63,949 nucleotides of DNA, filler included, from Octopus bimaculoides (GCF_001194135.2; 6 parts of 6 records of this genome joined end to end with filler, not necessarily neighbours in it); one strand, 5' to 3'; positions 12,991 through 25,329 are shown, numbered from the whole stretch's first letter. Notes: generated by a model not told the origin, from the letters alone. Translations and numbers: made by a program.

Positions 12991-13356
12991 TTGACAATAT
13001 ACTACAACTTTATCGCTCCACTACTGCTTAAATCTCTCTGAGAGATTTAGAAATATTATATTTCTAATTTTGCTGATCAGTGAATAAACTTCACTATGAT
13101 TTACATAAGTTTGCGAGGGCGAAACAGGCTTCTTTAACCAGCTGCCAAGCTACTTCAGGCTGATGACGAGCAAAGACTCAGAAACATGTCCCTGAATGCT
13201 GGCTAGGCTGGGTGGAGGAGCTTGTCTCCCCCTCTCAAACTTAAGGACACAGTAATTGTGTCAGGGCCGACAGGAAGCGGTCTAGCTTCCTAGGACTAAA
13301 CGGCAGTAGTGTGTTCCCTTATTGGGATTGTCACATTAAGTTGACAATATACTACA

Positions 13357-13363
<7 letters not shown>
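12987..13363 (+). mobile_element. Retrozyme-like / Penelope-associated non-autonomous unit, 350-bp period
   Basis: Identical 27-bp direct repeat taagttgacaatatactacaactttat at 12987-13013 and 13337-13363, embedded in (TA)n. Contains a hammerhead motif and no ORF. Confidence 0.65.
13138..13211 (+). ncRNA. Type-I hammerhead ribozyme motif
   Basis: Stem I ttcagg (13154-59) with cctgaa (13191-96), extended by agc/gct, gcc/ggc and ccagc/gctgg. Core CTGATGA 13160-66, stem II gag-caaaga-ctc, GAAA 13181-84, palindromic ACATGT stem III, GTC cleavage triplet ending at 13190. Confidence 0.8.
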
Positions 13364-13391
<28 letters not shown>

Positions 13392-13425
13392 GGGCTATCT
13401 TTTGATTTGATGTGAAGAAACGTCC

Positions 13426-13523
13426 AGTAAAAGCACATGGGTTTTGTTTACATTGAATTGGCTAACCCTAACCCTAACCTTAACAGGCCGATTAGATGTA
13501 AACAAAACCCATGTGCTTTTACT
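13426..13523. repeat. Perfect 28-bp inverted repeat around telomere-like CCCTAA repeats (MITE-like)
   Basis: agtaaaagcacatgggttttgtttacat (13426-53) is the exact reverse complement of 13496-13523. The spacer contains ctaaccctaaccctaaccttaa. Confidence 0.85.
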
Positions 13524-13744
13524 TGAAAATGCCTAATAGCAACACCTACGGGTAGAACCTGTGATGGGCAGGCACCCCATTTTGGAAGAGGAGCAATTGC
13601 TCATATGCCATGGAAAATGGGATAAACTTTGACTTAATAATTTCCCTAAGGCTTGTGACAAACCTAATAAAAAGAGGTAAAGGTCAGTAACAACTCCATA
13701 CAGAAGTGCATAAATGTTTGCCTAAAATGGATTGAAGCACTTAC

Positions 13745-13933
13745 CTGTACTCTGATTGTCTCAATGTAATTTGTTCCATAGGCTCGTCGTGTAAAGTCAG
13801 AGAGGTTAAACTGTATCTGATTCCAGCTGTCATCAAGACGCATCGGCATTGTGCAAATGAAAGGTTTTACACGGGTGGTACTCTGGTAGTTGCTGGCTCG
13901 GAATCGACGCCGGACACCTTTGTCATCTAAAAC
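13745..13933 (-). CDS. CFAP20: Cilia- and flagella-associated protein 20, exon 4 (189 bp)
   Basis: ttattgtag| [63 protein letters not shown] |gtaagt. Near-identical to metazoan CFAP20/BUG22. Confidence 0.98.
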
Positions 13934-14089
13934 CTACAATAAATCAAACAAAATTATACATGTGTGTGTGTGCATGATTGTACTACCGTTTTACATCCAC
14001 TTTTCCGGAGCAGCATTAGTTAGATGAATACATACTACTGAGGCATTATGTTAAAGCTTCTTCCGTCCCAGTTCTTTTATTTATTTATT

Positions 14090-14442
14090 TGTTTCAGTCA
14101 TTTGACTGTGTCCATGCTGGAGCATTGCCTTGAAGTGATTTTGTCAAACAGTTTTGCCACGGGACTTAAATTTAAGCCTAGTACTTATTCTATCAACATC
14201 CTTTGCTGAACTGCTAAGTTACAGCGACATAAACACACCAACACTGGTTGTCAAGCATTGATGGGGGAGGGGGACAAACACAGACACAAAGACATACACA
14301 CACACACATATATGACAAGCTTCTTTCAGTTTCCATACTGAGGCTACAGTAGAAGACACTTGCCTAAGGTGCCATGCAGTGGGACTGAACCAAGAACCAT
14401 GTGGTTGAGAAGTAAGCTTCTTAGCACACAGCCATGCCTGCG
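14090..14442 (-). mobile_element. SINE family B copy (internally deleted)
   Basis: Head gcgcaggcatggctgtgtgctaagaagctt... and tail ...ccagcatggacacagtcaaatgactgaaac on the minus strand. Confidence 0.8.
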
Positions 14443-15629
14443 CACTCGTTTTTTTTTGTCTTTTTCAAATTAGGGATTTTTCAGTCTATCTGTCTCTGAA
14501 AGAGCAGAACTAGTGGATGATATGGACAGAAGGAATTGTCAACAAACAACACCAATGGTAGATGAACACTTTTTCAGGTACACAGAATGTAAATATTCAC
14601 AAAGATCAACACATGCGCTCACACATATATGACAGGCATCGGTACAGTTTCCATTAACTAAATTCATTCAAAATGACTCACAGCATATGTCCTCAATGGG
14701 TTGGTAAACAATCATTGTCAGCCTCTCATAGGACATAAAGCTCTTCCAAGGTACCTTTTAACAGCTAAGTAGTTTGAGCTGTTAATACTCTAACCATTTC
14801 TCTAGAGATGTTCTGCAAACGACTTGCACATGCAAGTGCTACCAGTCGAAAGCTCTGCATACCGGAAGCCAGGAGAGAATGTGCGCCGTTTTGGGGCCTA
14901 CCGCTCAATGGCATCAATGCGCACAAGACCCCTCACTGATATGAGATCCCGCTTGCTAGATCAACTGGTTATCAGATAAACCTCAATATTTTTCTAGCCA
15001 TCGCTCATCTTCTCTTTTTAAACAAATCCAGTGGCTAGCCTTTTCCACTGTAGTTTGGATATCGGTCATGGTGGTATTTACTTTACGATGAGTTAGGCCT
15101 AACAATAAGATCAATTGTCTCACACTGTGTCCAACAAACCCTCTACATCGGACTCTGATTGGAAAATGCTCTGCTTTCCAGTTTTGTGTCTTCACATTCC
15201 TCAAGGAGGTTTACATAACAGTCAATCTTTCGAGCCCAATTGGCATCCATGTTATCTTCATGAGGAACCGTTAACTCGACTAGATTCACAACTTTCTTTC
15301 TTTCACACCACAAAGTTACAGACTAGCATTCACAGAACATGATTATATGTTGTACATTTAGGTCAACTGGTTATGAAAATTTATCCCAACATACTGGAAA
15401 ACATCGGAAGAAAAAAAATTGATTTTATGGTTGATGTTTCTTTCAGTCTTTATACAGTCCATAAGCCAAACATGGTTAGGTGACACATGGATACTGGTTC
15501 TAGAGCAAGGTCAGGATTCTCAGGAAATATGCAACGTAGCAGCTGCAAGGGAGATAACCTCTGCTTAGCATGGGCACAAACATTTTAGGATACTTGTTCT
15601 GTAATACACCATCCTTCTGAAACGTGTGT

Positions 15630-15820
15630 GTGGAGGTGCAATGGCCCAGTGGTTAGGGCAGCGGATACGCGGTTTCGATTCCCAGATTGAGCCTTGTGAG
15701 TGTTTAATGAGCGAAAACACCTAAAGTTCCACGAGACTCCGGTAGGGGGGGGGGCGAAACCTGCTGTACTCTTTCACCATAACTTTCTCTCACTCTTTCT
15801 TCCTGTTTCTCTTGTACCAA
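15630..15820 (+). mobile_element. SINE family C, truncated
   Basis: gtggaggtgcaatggcccagtggttagggcag... matches the 8826-9221 copy. Confidence 0.8.
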
Positions 15821-15829
15821 CGAAAAGTG

Positions 15830-17140
15830 TGAGCAATATTAATGCAGTATATGGAGGTTGGACAATAAGCATAAGCCAGTGTCAACGGTGGCTCCAGAAA
15901 TTCCAAGCCGGAAACAACAACCTAGAAGATGAGCCTCATCCTGGAAGATCTAAAGAGCTCGATGAGGACATCCTGCAAAACCTGGAGGAACAAAATCCCA
16001 TCATAACTGTTGAGGAACTAGTGGAGAAGCTTGGATTTGGTAATTCAACCATTCACTGACATCTGCATGCCATGGGAAAAGTCAGCAAGTTGGATCGGTG
16101 GATTCCTCACAAACTTTCTGAGGCTAATCACATGCAGAGAGTGAAAGTGTGCTTTTCTCTGCTGTCATGTCTCACGAATGAACCTTTTTTAGATCGAATA
16201 GTAACTGGTGACGAGGAATGGGTTCTCTATAAAAATGTCAAGCGCTGAAGACAGTGGGTAGGGAAAGGAGAAACACCGGCACCCCAGGCTAAAGAAGGTT
16301 TTCGCCCACATAAGGTGCTGTTATCTGTTTGGTGGGATATGAAAGGTTCAGTCCGCTTTGAACTTTTAAACCCAAGCCAAACGATAACAAAGGAGATCTA
16401 CTGCAAGCAGCTTGAGTGGCTTAAGTCCGTGCTGGAAGAAAAACGACCATCTTTGGTTTCAAGACAAAGGGTGTTCTTTCATCAGGATAATGCATGGCCA
16501 CATACAGTGAGGATGACATTCCAAAGGCTGGAGCATTATGAATGGGAAACGATGCCCCACCCACTATATTCTCTGGATATTGCCTCATCTGATTATCATT
16601 TATTCTGCAGTCTTCAAAACCATTTGGAGAGAAGAAATATGAATTCTGTAGACGAGGTTAGAACAGTACTGGAGGAGTATTTTCTTTCACTGACAAGTGA
16701 ATTTTGGAAGAGAGGCCTTGCAAGTCTACCAGATAGATGGAAGAGCATTGTAGAAAATGAAGGAGAGTCATATTTTAGATCAGTGGTTCCCAAAATAGGT
16801 GGTATTGCAACCCTGGGGGCAGTTGAAAGTTTTAAAGGGGCGTTAAAGAAAAGTGGGGTGATAATGGGGTAACGATTCATGTAAAGACAACAAAATAATG
16901 GGTGCATTAGGTTAAGTTTTATTTGTGAAATACAGTTGTTTTGAATTTGCTTCAGAAAGAGGTCTATGTTTGTGATGGTTAGTTGGGGTGGGGGCGCTAG
17001 GAATGTGGATTGGGTGTCAAGGGAGCGGCAGCCCCAAAAAGTTTGGAAACCACTGTTTTAGATTAAAAAAGAACTTTGTCTTAATTTTGAAAAATAAAAG
17101 AAGTATAAAAAAGATACCTTATTTATGGGATGACCCAATA
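15830..17140 (+). mobile_element. Mariner (DD34D) transposon in CFAP20 intron 3, degenerate
   Basis: WIPHKL, IVTGDEEW, FHQDNAWPH...YSLDIASSDYHLF (34-residue spacing), two in-frame stops, right TIR cttatttatgggatgacccaata at about 17117-17140. Confidence 0.95.
16781..17055. mobile_element. hAT-type MITE inserted at the end of the mariner ORF
   Basis: TIRs cagtggttcccaaa / tttggaaaccactg. 8-bp target duplication ttttagat at 16773-80 and 17056-63. Confidence 0.9.
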
Positions 17141-17312
17141 TTTGAGGACTGCAATGGGATATTATTAAATACATACATACAAACACATACACAGCACAAG
17201 GTTCAGAAAGGGAACCGCTTTTCAAGAAAGTAATATTTGGACCAAGCCTTTCCATGATGTCAAATGTGAAATTATTGAGTTAGAATGAGTCAAGAGCAAA
17301 TATGCTATTTAC

Positions 17313-17424
17313 CTGTACTTCAAATGTGAAATATTTTTTGAGATTTTTAATTATCATCACCAAAAAGGGTAGTTTGATGCCAAGAGTTTTCTTTGGATCA
17401 GCAGGACATGTAATGTATGTGGTA
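17313..17424 (-). CDS. CFAP20: CFAP20 exon 3 (112 bp)
   Basis: tttttgcag| (S)[37 protein letters not shown] |gtaaat. Confidence 0.98.
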
Positions 17425-17884
17425 CTGCAAAAATAGTCAAACAAGATAAAATAATAATAATGGTTTCACATTTTGGCACAAGGCCAGCAATTTTAGAGGA
17501 AGGGATAAGTTGAATACATTGACCCTCTTCTCCCCAGTATTCAACTGGTACTTATTTCATCAAACCCAAAAGAATTTGAACTCAGAATGTTAGGATGAAT
17601 GAAATGCCGCTAAGCATTTTGCTTGGGATGGTAACGATTCTGCCAGCTCACCACTAAACAACAAATAATAATAATCTTTTCTACTAAAGGTACAAGGCCT
17701 GAATTTTAAGGGCAGGGGGGGTAGTCAATCACATTGACCCCAGTACTCGACTGGTACTTATTTTATTGACCCTGAGAAGATGAAAGACAAAATCAACCTT
17801 GGCAGAATTTGAACTTAAAAGGTGGACCAAATGCTACTAAACATTTCCCCAGGCTTGCTAACGATTCTGCCAGCTTGCCATCTT

Positions 17885-17941
<57 letters not shown>

Positions 17942-19223
17942 AGTTTCTCCACCATCATCTCTCTCACTATCACTCCCTTTGTCTTACTCTACAACTCACT
18001 TTCCCTTGTTTTCCAACAAGGATATCCATGTACCTACTCTACAGCAAGATACCTAATAATACCTGTCCCCTCCCCCTCTCTACCTTAAAATCTCTCACCT
18101 GGCACAAAGCCCCACCCACTCAATAACAACTCCTGCCCTGTAGAGAGGGTTCTTGTCTTGCAAGGTACTTGGTGATCCTGTCAGTGCAGGTGATGATGCC
18201 ACATAAAATGATGAACATAAAAACATATTCAATCCTTTTGCTGACGATTTTATTGATTAAGTAATAGTATGGGCAGAGCCATGGCTGTTTAATTAAGAAA
18301 TCTGCTTCAGAACTATGTTGTTACAGGTTCAATACCACTGCTCAAAACCTTAAGCAAGTGCCTTCTGCCATAGCACTAGCTAAACCAAAGCCTTGTGAGT
18401 GAAATTTTGTAAGAGTTGGGGGAAAAAATGTTTGAAAGCCCATCTGAGAGATCATAACATTTCTATTCTTTGGAAGTAGACATAATTTGTTGACCACTTT
18501 TAAACACCACAAGCTGGCCTTTGCATGCTGTTAGCAGAATCAGCTCTGTTATAGTCATGTGAGCAAGGTTTTCAGTTTGAAGAAAACTTTCTCCATTTCT
18601 TACCAAACTCAGATGCTCTGAAAATGATCATGGCTTCTACTCTTATTCCACTGAAAAAAACCCATTAAAAAAGAAAAACAGGTTATTGATAACACCTAGG
18701 TGATGTTTCAAGAATGAGGGGATGATCCAGGGAGGAGCCATGCACATTCCACCTGGACTCAGCTCCCTCTCAAATAGCCCTAGTGACCCAAGAATGATGG
18801 GCTGACAGTTTTCATGATTATGTGACCCGACCCTACACTAAAACATGGCCTCCTACTGCTCCTGAATTGAACTCCTTCAATTTCTAAAACTGGGGTGTTA
18901 TTTGATGTGTGTGTATGTGTTGTGTAGAGCAGAGGTGAATGACCATCTAGTAGCCACATGATGCCAAGGATTCATTAAGAGTTGCTGTCTCGAACATGGT
19001 AGGTGGGTGGGCGATACCTAATCTTGGTATGTAGTTATTACTGTGGCCATAACAGGACCATTAATGGTTGAGGACAGTTTTGATGAATGATCTGTTACTT
19101 TAATGCATTTTACCAGTGGCACAGATAGTGTGTGTGCAGCTCCGAGCAGCCCTTGAGTCAGTACTCTATACAGGCATATACAGCAGACCCAAAAATGCCA
19201 CCTAGACCACCCCTTAACTACTC

Positions 19224-19347
19224 TATGAAGGAGTGCTGAAAACTTTCTGGCTTTGGGTAAAAGAAAATACAGGAGAATCAGTTATGATTTTATTCAACAT
19301 ATTCCTCTCTCAAATCCACACACTTATTGCAGTCATCCTTCAGTTTT
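19224..19347 (-). mobile_element. Mariner 3' end with TIR
   Basis: Minus-strand GLEKLKDDCNKCVDLREEYVE* followed by a TIR-like end (plus strand tatgaaggagtgctgaaaac). Confidence 0.65.
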
Positions 19348-19689
19348 TCTAAGCCCAGTAAAATAACTCTGGGTCTCTTTCAACATGGTTTTTACGGCTG
19401 CATGCCCTTCCTAGCACCAACCACCCCGTGGAGTGGACTGAGTGCTTTTTACATGGCATCAGCACAAGTGAGGTCAGTTTTGACATGCTTTTCACAGCTA
19501 GATGCCTTTCCAAATGCCAACCACTTCAGAGTGTGGACTGGATGCTCTTTACATGGCAACAGCACTAGTTGGGTCACTAAGTAACGTGCAAGACAAGGAA
19601 TTTTTGAGAGGGGAGAGGGGCATTGGAGGAGGTACTCAATATTGCAAGTGCTAGCACAGTAACGTGCCAGCCCCAATATTTGACCCTCA

Positions 19690-19850
19690 GAAGAAGAGAA
19701 GTTGGAAAGAAAGGCAAACTTGCTATCTTCAATTCGGTTTTTGTGCCTATTTCAACCTATGGTCATGAATATAGGGTAATGTCTGAAAGAGTAGGATCCC
19801 AAACACAAATGGTTGGGGTTCCTTTAAAGGATCTCTGGAGTAATGTTGTC
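19690..19850 (+). mobile_element. RTE-clade LINE fragment
   Basis: EVGKKGKLAIFNSVFVPISTYGHEYRVMSERV resembles the RTE post-RT region (K.KL.IF..VF.PILTYGHE.W.M). Confidence 0.65.
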
Positions 19851-20579
19851 TATCAGTAAAAAAAAAAAAATGTACACACCAGAGAGAAAAACTGATAAAT
19901 TTGTGTATTCAGACAAAATGCCTTGTGGTGTTTATAAACATCCTTGTCACTTTCACCATCAGAAATGAAATGCACCAGTGACTGGTTCATTAGAAACCTC
20001 TAACAGAACTTTTTCTTTACAAAATACATTTACTGCTACTACATCATCACCACCACCATCAAAATTATTATTTAATGCCTGTTTTCCATGCTGGCATGGG
20101 TTGGGCGGCTTGACAGGAGCTGGTTAGGCAGAAGACTGCACTAAGCTTCAGTTTCTGTTTTGGCATGGTTTTTATGGCTGGATGCTCTTCCTAACAACAG
20201 CCACCCCACTGGCCCAAACCATTAGGTACCACAGGTAAGAACATTTCCCCACTGTTAGTAGTAGCCATATTATAAAATTTGTGAGTGTTCCATTACCTGA
20301 CGGTACCAAGTTGAATACTGCTGGGGATAGAACTTGGACAAGGAAAAAGATTTACCAACTTGGCTTCTCCTCATGTATGCTGCATGCAAGAAGTAACCAA
20401 CGACTTAATCAGTGACAAAACTCACCTTTAATTAATATCTCATAAGTTTGTTTTGAAATTAAAGACATTATTTAACCTCTCAATATTCTAAGTAGATAAA
20501 CCTGGCTGCTGTATAAAGGATGACAGAGTGGAAGAGAAGGAATTTATAGAGTGAGAAGAATGAAGCTGGTAGTATTTAC

Positions 20580-20659
20580 CTGACATTTGTGCCAACTATT
20601 TCAAGAACCAATGATTGAATGTCATTGTCTGTGATTCGTTTGATGTGACCATTACGAAC
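20580..20659 (-). CDS. CFAP20: CFAP20 exon 2 (80 bp)
   Basis: tgtcttgcag| [27 protein letters not shown] |gtaaat. Confidence 0.98.
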
Positions 20660-20798
20660 CTGCAAGACAATATCAGAAACAAATCAATAATTACATACAA
20701 GTAAACACACGTGTTTATTGAAGTAAGCATGCTAGGGATGGTTAACAGAATCACACTACAAACCCTGGCATACTTCAGAGAGCAGTTATATTTCTTAA

Positions 20799-20955
20799 CC
20801 CTTTAACATTCAGATTACTCTGTCAAATGTAATGCTTGTTATTTCCACATTGTATTGAATTAAACTTGCACTATTTTGTAGCTTTGGGGTTTTGATAATA
20901 CGATTGCTTATTTTTAGAATGATCATGTAGGTGTGGAAGCTGGATCTGGCTGGTG
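20799..20955. mobile_element. piggyBac-type MITE fragment, same family as 37669-37900
   Basis: ttaa-ccctttaacattcagatta start is the reverse complement of the right end of the 37669-37900 element. Confidence 0.6.
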
Positions 20956-22068
20956 GGACAATTGGGCTGGATAAACTCTTCCTTCTTTACATCAATAATC
21001 TGATCTAACTAAACACACAGTCTTATTCTCCACCCCACATTAACCATCCATCCACCCACATGAAATCTAGATACATCATGTCGGATTTGCACTGTTTTCC
21101 AACACAGAGATCATGATATCAGCCCTCCAATAAGTGCATGGAAAACTAGTTGCTTTCTAAATCAATTCAAAACAAATACAAATATCATGGTAACAATCTT
21201 GCACTAGACCTTCTGTGCTTAAGCAAGAACAAAACACAAACTAAAACACTCAATTTTGCTAAGTGACTACACATATTTCTCTCTGTTAAAAATCTATTCC
21301 AAAAACTATATTTACTTTTCAGTGGAAAAATACTTCAACTTTATTAGTGGTTGATATTCTCATAAAGCTCAATTAAGATCCACAATTAAGTACTGCACAT
21401 GCATCTCAGACAGTGCTGTTGCAACTCAAACGTGCTACACTGTGACTGGAAAGTGATCCAGAGAGTGATTATATATATATATATATNNNNNNNNNNNNNN
21501 NNNNNNNNNNNNNNNNNNNNNNNNNNNNNNNNNNNNNNNNNNNNNNNNNNNNNNNNNNNNNNNNNNNNNNNNNNNNNNNNNNNNNNNNNNNNNNNNNNNN
21601 NNNNNNNNNNNNNNNNNNNNNNNNNNNNNNNNNNNNNNNNNNNNNNNNNNNNNNNNNNNNNNNNNNNNNNNNNNNNNNNNNNNNNNNNNNNNNNNNNNNN
21701 NNNNNNNNNNNNNNNNNNNNNNNNNNNNNNNNNNNNNNNNNNNNNNNNNNNNNNNNNNNNNNNNNNNNNNNNNNNNNNNNNNNNNNNNNNNNNNNNNNNN
21801 NNNNNNNNNNNNNNNNNNNNNNNNNNNNNNNNNNNNNNNNNNNNNNNNNNNNNNNNNNNNNNNNNNNNNNNNNNNNNNNNNNNNNNNNNNNNNNNNNNNN
21901 NNNNNNNNNNNNNNNNNNNNNNNNNNNNNNNNNNNNNNNNNNNNNNNNNNNNNNNNNNNNNNNNNNNNNNNNNNNNNNNNNNNNNNNNNNNNNNNNNNNN
22001 NNNNNNNNNNNNNNNNNNNNNNNNNNNNNNNNNNNNNNNNNNNNNNNNNNNNNNNNNNNNNNNNNNNN

Positions 22069-22420
22069 GACTTGCTTACCAACCACATGGCTCTGGGTTC
22101 AGTCCCACTGCGTGGCACCTTGGGCAAGTGTCTTCTACTATAGCCTCAGGGCGACCAAAGCCTTGTGAGTGGATTTGGTAGACGGAAACTGAAAGAAGCC
22201 CGTCGTATATATATGTATGTGCGTGTATCTGTGTTTGTCCCCCCCAACATCACTTGACAACCGATGCTGGTGTGTTTACGTCCCCGTAGCCTAGCGGTTC
22301 GGCAAAAGAGACCGATAGAATAAATACTAGGCTTCCAAAGAATAAGTCTTGGGGTCGATTTGCTCGACTAAAAAGGCAGTGCTCCAGCATGGCCGCAGTC
22401 AAATGACTGAAACAAGTAAA
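22069..22420 (+). mobile_element. SINE family B copy
   Basis: cttgcttaccaaccacatgg...ccagcatggccgcagtcaaatgactgaaacaagtaaaagag. The head runs into a gap. Confidence 0.88.
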
Positions 22421-23490
22421 AGAGTCAAATCTTCCTCAAATTACACTCTCCATCGATTTAAGGCAAAGCACACATTTGATAATGTAGTTGAAGATACAGT
22501 AAGAAAGGCAGGAGAGATTTACAAACGGAATGGTTTTGATCACAGGTCCGCTAGACCAGGGCTAACCCAGGGATATACAATAAAACATATGCCAACCCGC
22601 GGTAATAACAAAACTGTAAGGTTTGGCTATTCTAGGACTTAGGTAGGATTTATTTATTTATTTTTGCATATCTTAAAACCAAGAAAACGGAATAAAATGT
22701 GATAACGAGAGATGAAGATTTCACAATCTCCACTGAAAATTCCCACAAATTCCCAAAGATAATGTTCTTGGGCGAAAGGTACCAACGACCACACCCACCC
22801 GATTCTCTCTCCTAAAAGAGAAAAGGGTCTTTGTTTCATAATAAACAAAAAGTCAATTACGAAATATATACGAAAGTAACGCTCAAACACTCTCAATATA
22901 ATAATGTACCCGGGAATAATTCAAGGGAAATAACTCAAATAGACAGACTGAAAAAGTGTTGGAAATAAAATATAGAATACACGTCCGGACCACTTAACCG
23001 GCTTTCAGAAATCCGGGAATATTGTGCAATATTCTATACCCTCTATTGAACAAACACACCTTAGTTTTGAAGTCGGTTAATTTGCAAATGGTGTGTTTAA
23101 AAATCGTTCAGTTCTTTAGTGTTCTATGTCGATCAATAAAGATTAAACATACTCTGCTTTAGAAGTGTATTAATTTGAATCTGTTTCTGTTAAATGAAAT
23201 TTTGTTCTTTACCATCCTTTGTTTAACTTTCATCCTATAAATGTTATACTGTATACATAATAGAGTATGATGTATTTAAAGAGTTTTAAGTGGATTAATA
23301 AATATCAAACAGACCCTGTTTTAGAAGTGTGTTGATGGGAATCTGTTATGCACAATTTAGTTCTTTACTTTTCACAATTTATCAAGTGTATGTTTTAGGG
23401 TGTCTCTTGAAAATAGGAAAATTCACACACAATCCAGGATACTTCCGATTCCAAGAGTACCGGATAATTTGTCCGGTACCGTATAAATAA

Positions 23491-23539
<49 letters not shown>

Positions 23540-24387
23540 GATGCGTTTAGTCGATCGTAAGATAAAGAATTTGACTTGAGTTATAGTTAACGTTCACCGA
23601 TTCTGTTATTTGGAAATAAATAATTCTGGGTGAAGTAAAAATGAGAACTTGTCATTGTCTGTTGTTTCCTAAATGGGGAGGATTCGTGAAATACTGTTGT
23701 AAAACAGGGATCGAATTCTAGTTGCAGTTTAACAAAGCCGTGAGTTACCTAAGAAAATAGCACGACTGACAACTTAAGCTTCACTGTTTTCTCTATTTAT
23801 AACACTAGCACATGTATTTGAGCAGGCATACATGTTTTATAAAATGTTAAATTCATTTATTTATTGACATTTAAAACAATAAAAACTGTATTTAATTAAT
23901 GCTGGGGGCATAAAAAAAAAATTAACTATTCATTCATTAACCTAAGTTTATAAGTTTCGCTCAACAGACAGCGATTAAGAGAGAGATGGCGTGTAATTAC
24001 TGCTATGACAGTTAACAAAAGCAACAAAAACTAATAAACAAAAGAACGTGATCGACTAACAAGGTGTAATAATCAAGTAATATCTGAGAAGACGATTCGG
24101 ATTGCTTATATGTTAAACAGCTTTTGGGTAAAATTGTCATCGTATTTTTTAAAAATGTTCTAGTGTAAAATTGTAATTAATATAAAACAAAAATGCGGTC
24201 TTGTATCTTATACAATATAATATTTATTGTACATGCAACTGATATTCCTAAATTTTTCACATCAATACATTAAAAAGGTATGCTGTTGCTAAGAACGAGA
24301 ATAAATTAATAACAATAATAATATATATATTTTTGTTCTTTTGATGATGCACTTTAAAATTAAACTCGAGGAAAACGAAGCACTCAC

Positions 24388-24471
24388 CTTTTTGTCCCAT
24401 ATCTGAAGCGGTTTACTGCCAACACTGTATAATATCGACAAAAACCCACTCTGGAAGGTATTTTTAAACAT
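24388..24471 (-). CDS. CFAP20: CFAP20 exon 1 (84 coding bp)
   Basis: ATG at 24471. [28 protein letters not shown] |gtgagt. Confidence 0.98.
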
Positions 24472-24638
24472 TATGAAATATAAATATACGGGCAATTGGC
24501 CAACGCACAGAATCCGAATATATATAAGTATATATATAAGTAATTTATTTAAAAAAAAGCTAAGCACACTTGAGAAGTTAAAGTTTAGTTCCTAAATAAA
24601 CATGTCACTCTTGTTATTTCCGACCAAGCACAAACTCT

Positions 24639-24651
24639 GTTGCTAAGGAAC
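24639..24651. promoter_or_regulatory. RFX X-box-like motif GTTGCTAAGGAAC
   Basis: About 170 bp upstream of the CFAP20 ATG. Imperfect match to GTNRCC(N0-3)RGYAAC. Confidence 0.5.
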
Positions 24652-24900
24652 TTTCTCCGCGTTCACTTTGAAGGTAAATGAATAGACTTCCACCCTTCCT
24701 CCTTCTCGTCTTCCCTCATTAAGTAGCGACTAATAATCTTAATAGAACATGGATGTTGTCAACACATATGCGTATATATAGACGAGTAAAATTAAAAGTT
24801 AATCAGCAGAACCTACGATATGGAAAGGGAATTCAATGTAACGGATTATATTTTCGTAAGTTGTCGCATAGAGTGTTCCGGTCTGGCGCATTGATACCAA

Positions 24901-24914
24901 GTTGCCGCGGTAAC
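24901..24914. promoter_or_regulatory. RFX X-box GTTGCCGCGGTAAC
   Basis: Full match to GTNRCC-NN-RGYAAC, 430 bp upstream of the ATG of a ciliary gene. Confidence 0.7.
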
Positions 24915-24992
24915 AGAGAATAACAACATGAGGTCTTAAACAGAGATAATAAATAAATAAATAAATAAATAAATATGTAAATTGTGTGTGTA

Positions 24993-25084
<92 letters not shown>

Positions 25085-25329
25085 TTTCTTATGAAGTAAA
25101 TTAGCATTTCTTTCGTTGTAATAAATATTTCTGAGTTACAAATAAGATTATGGGTGACAGGGAGGTTAGTGAATGATTTCCAATATTCAAAGAATGAAAA
25201 AATCTCATATTTTCGGCAAAAGGATGTGTATATATGTGATAGTCAAGTTTTTTTCTTCTCAAGAGCATTAGGAGCTGAAGCAGGTTTTTTAATTTTTTTT
25301 ATATATAGATAAATATATAGATAAATATA

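Noticed and set aside
22540-23010. Penelope-terminal-like segments with ccgg stems near 22550 and 22990
   Set aside because: The CUGANGA and GAAA cores are too decayed to call a ribozyme; probably an old relic.
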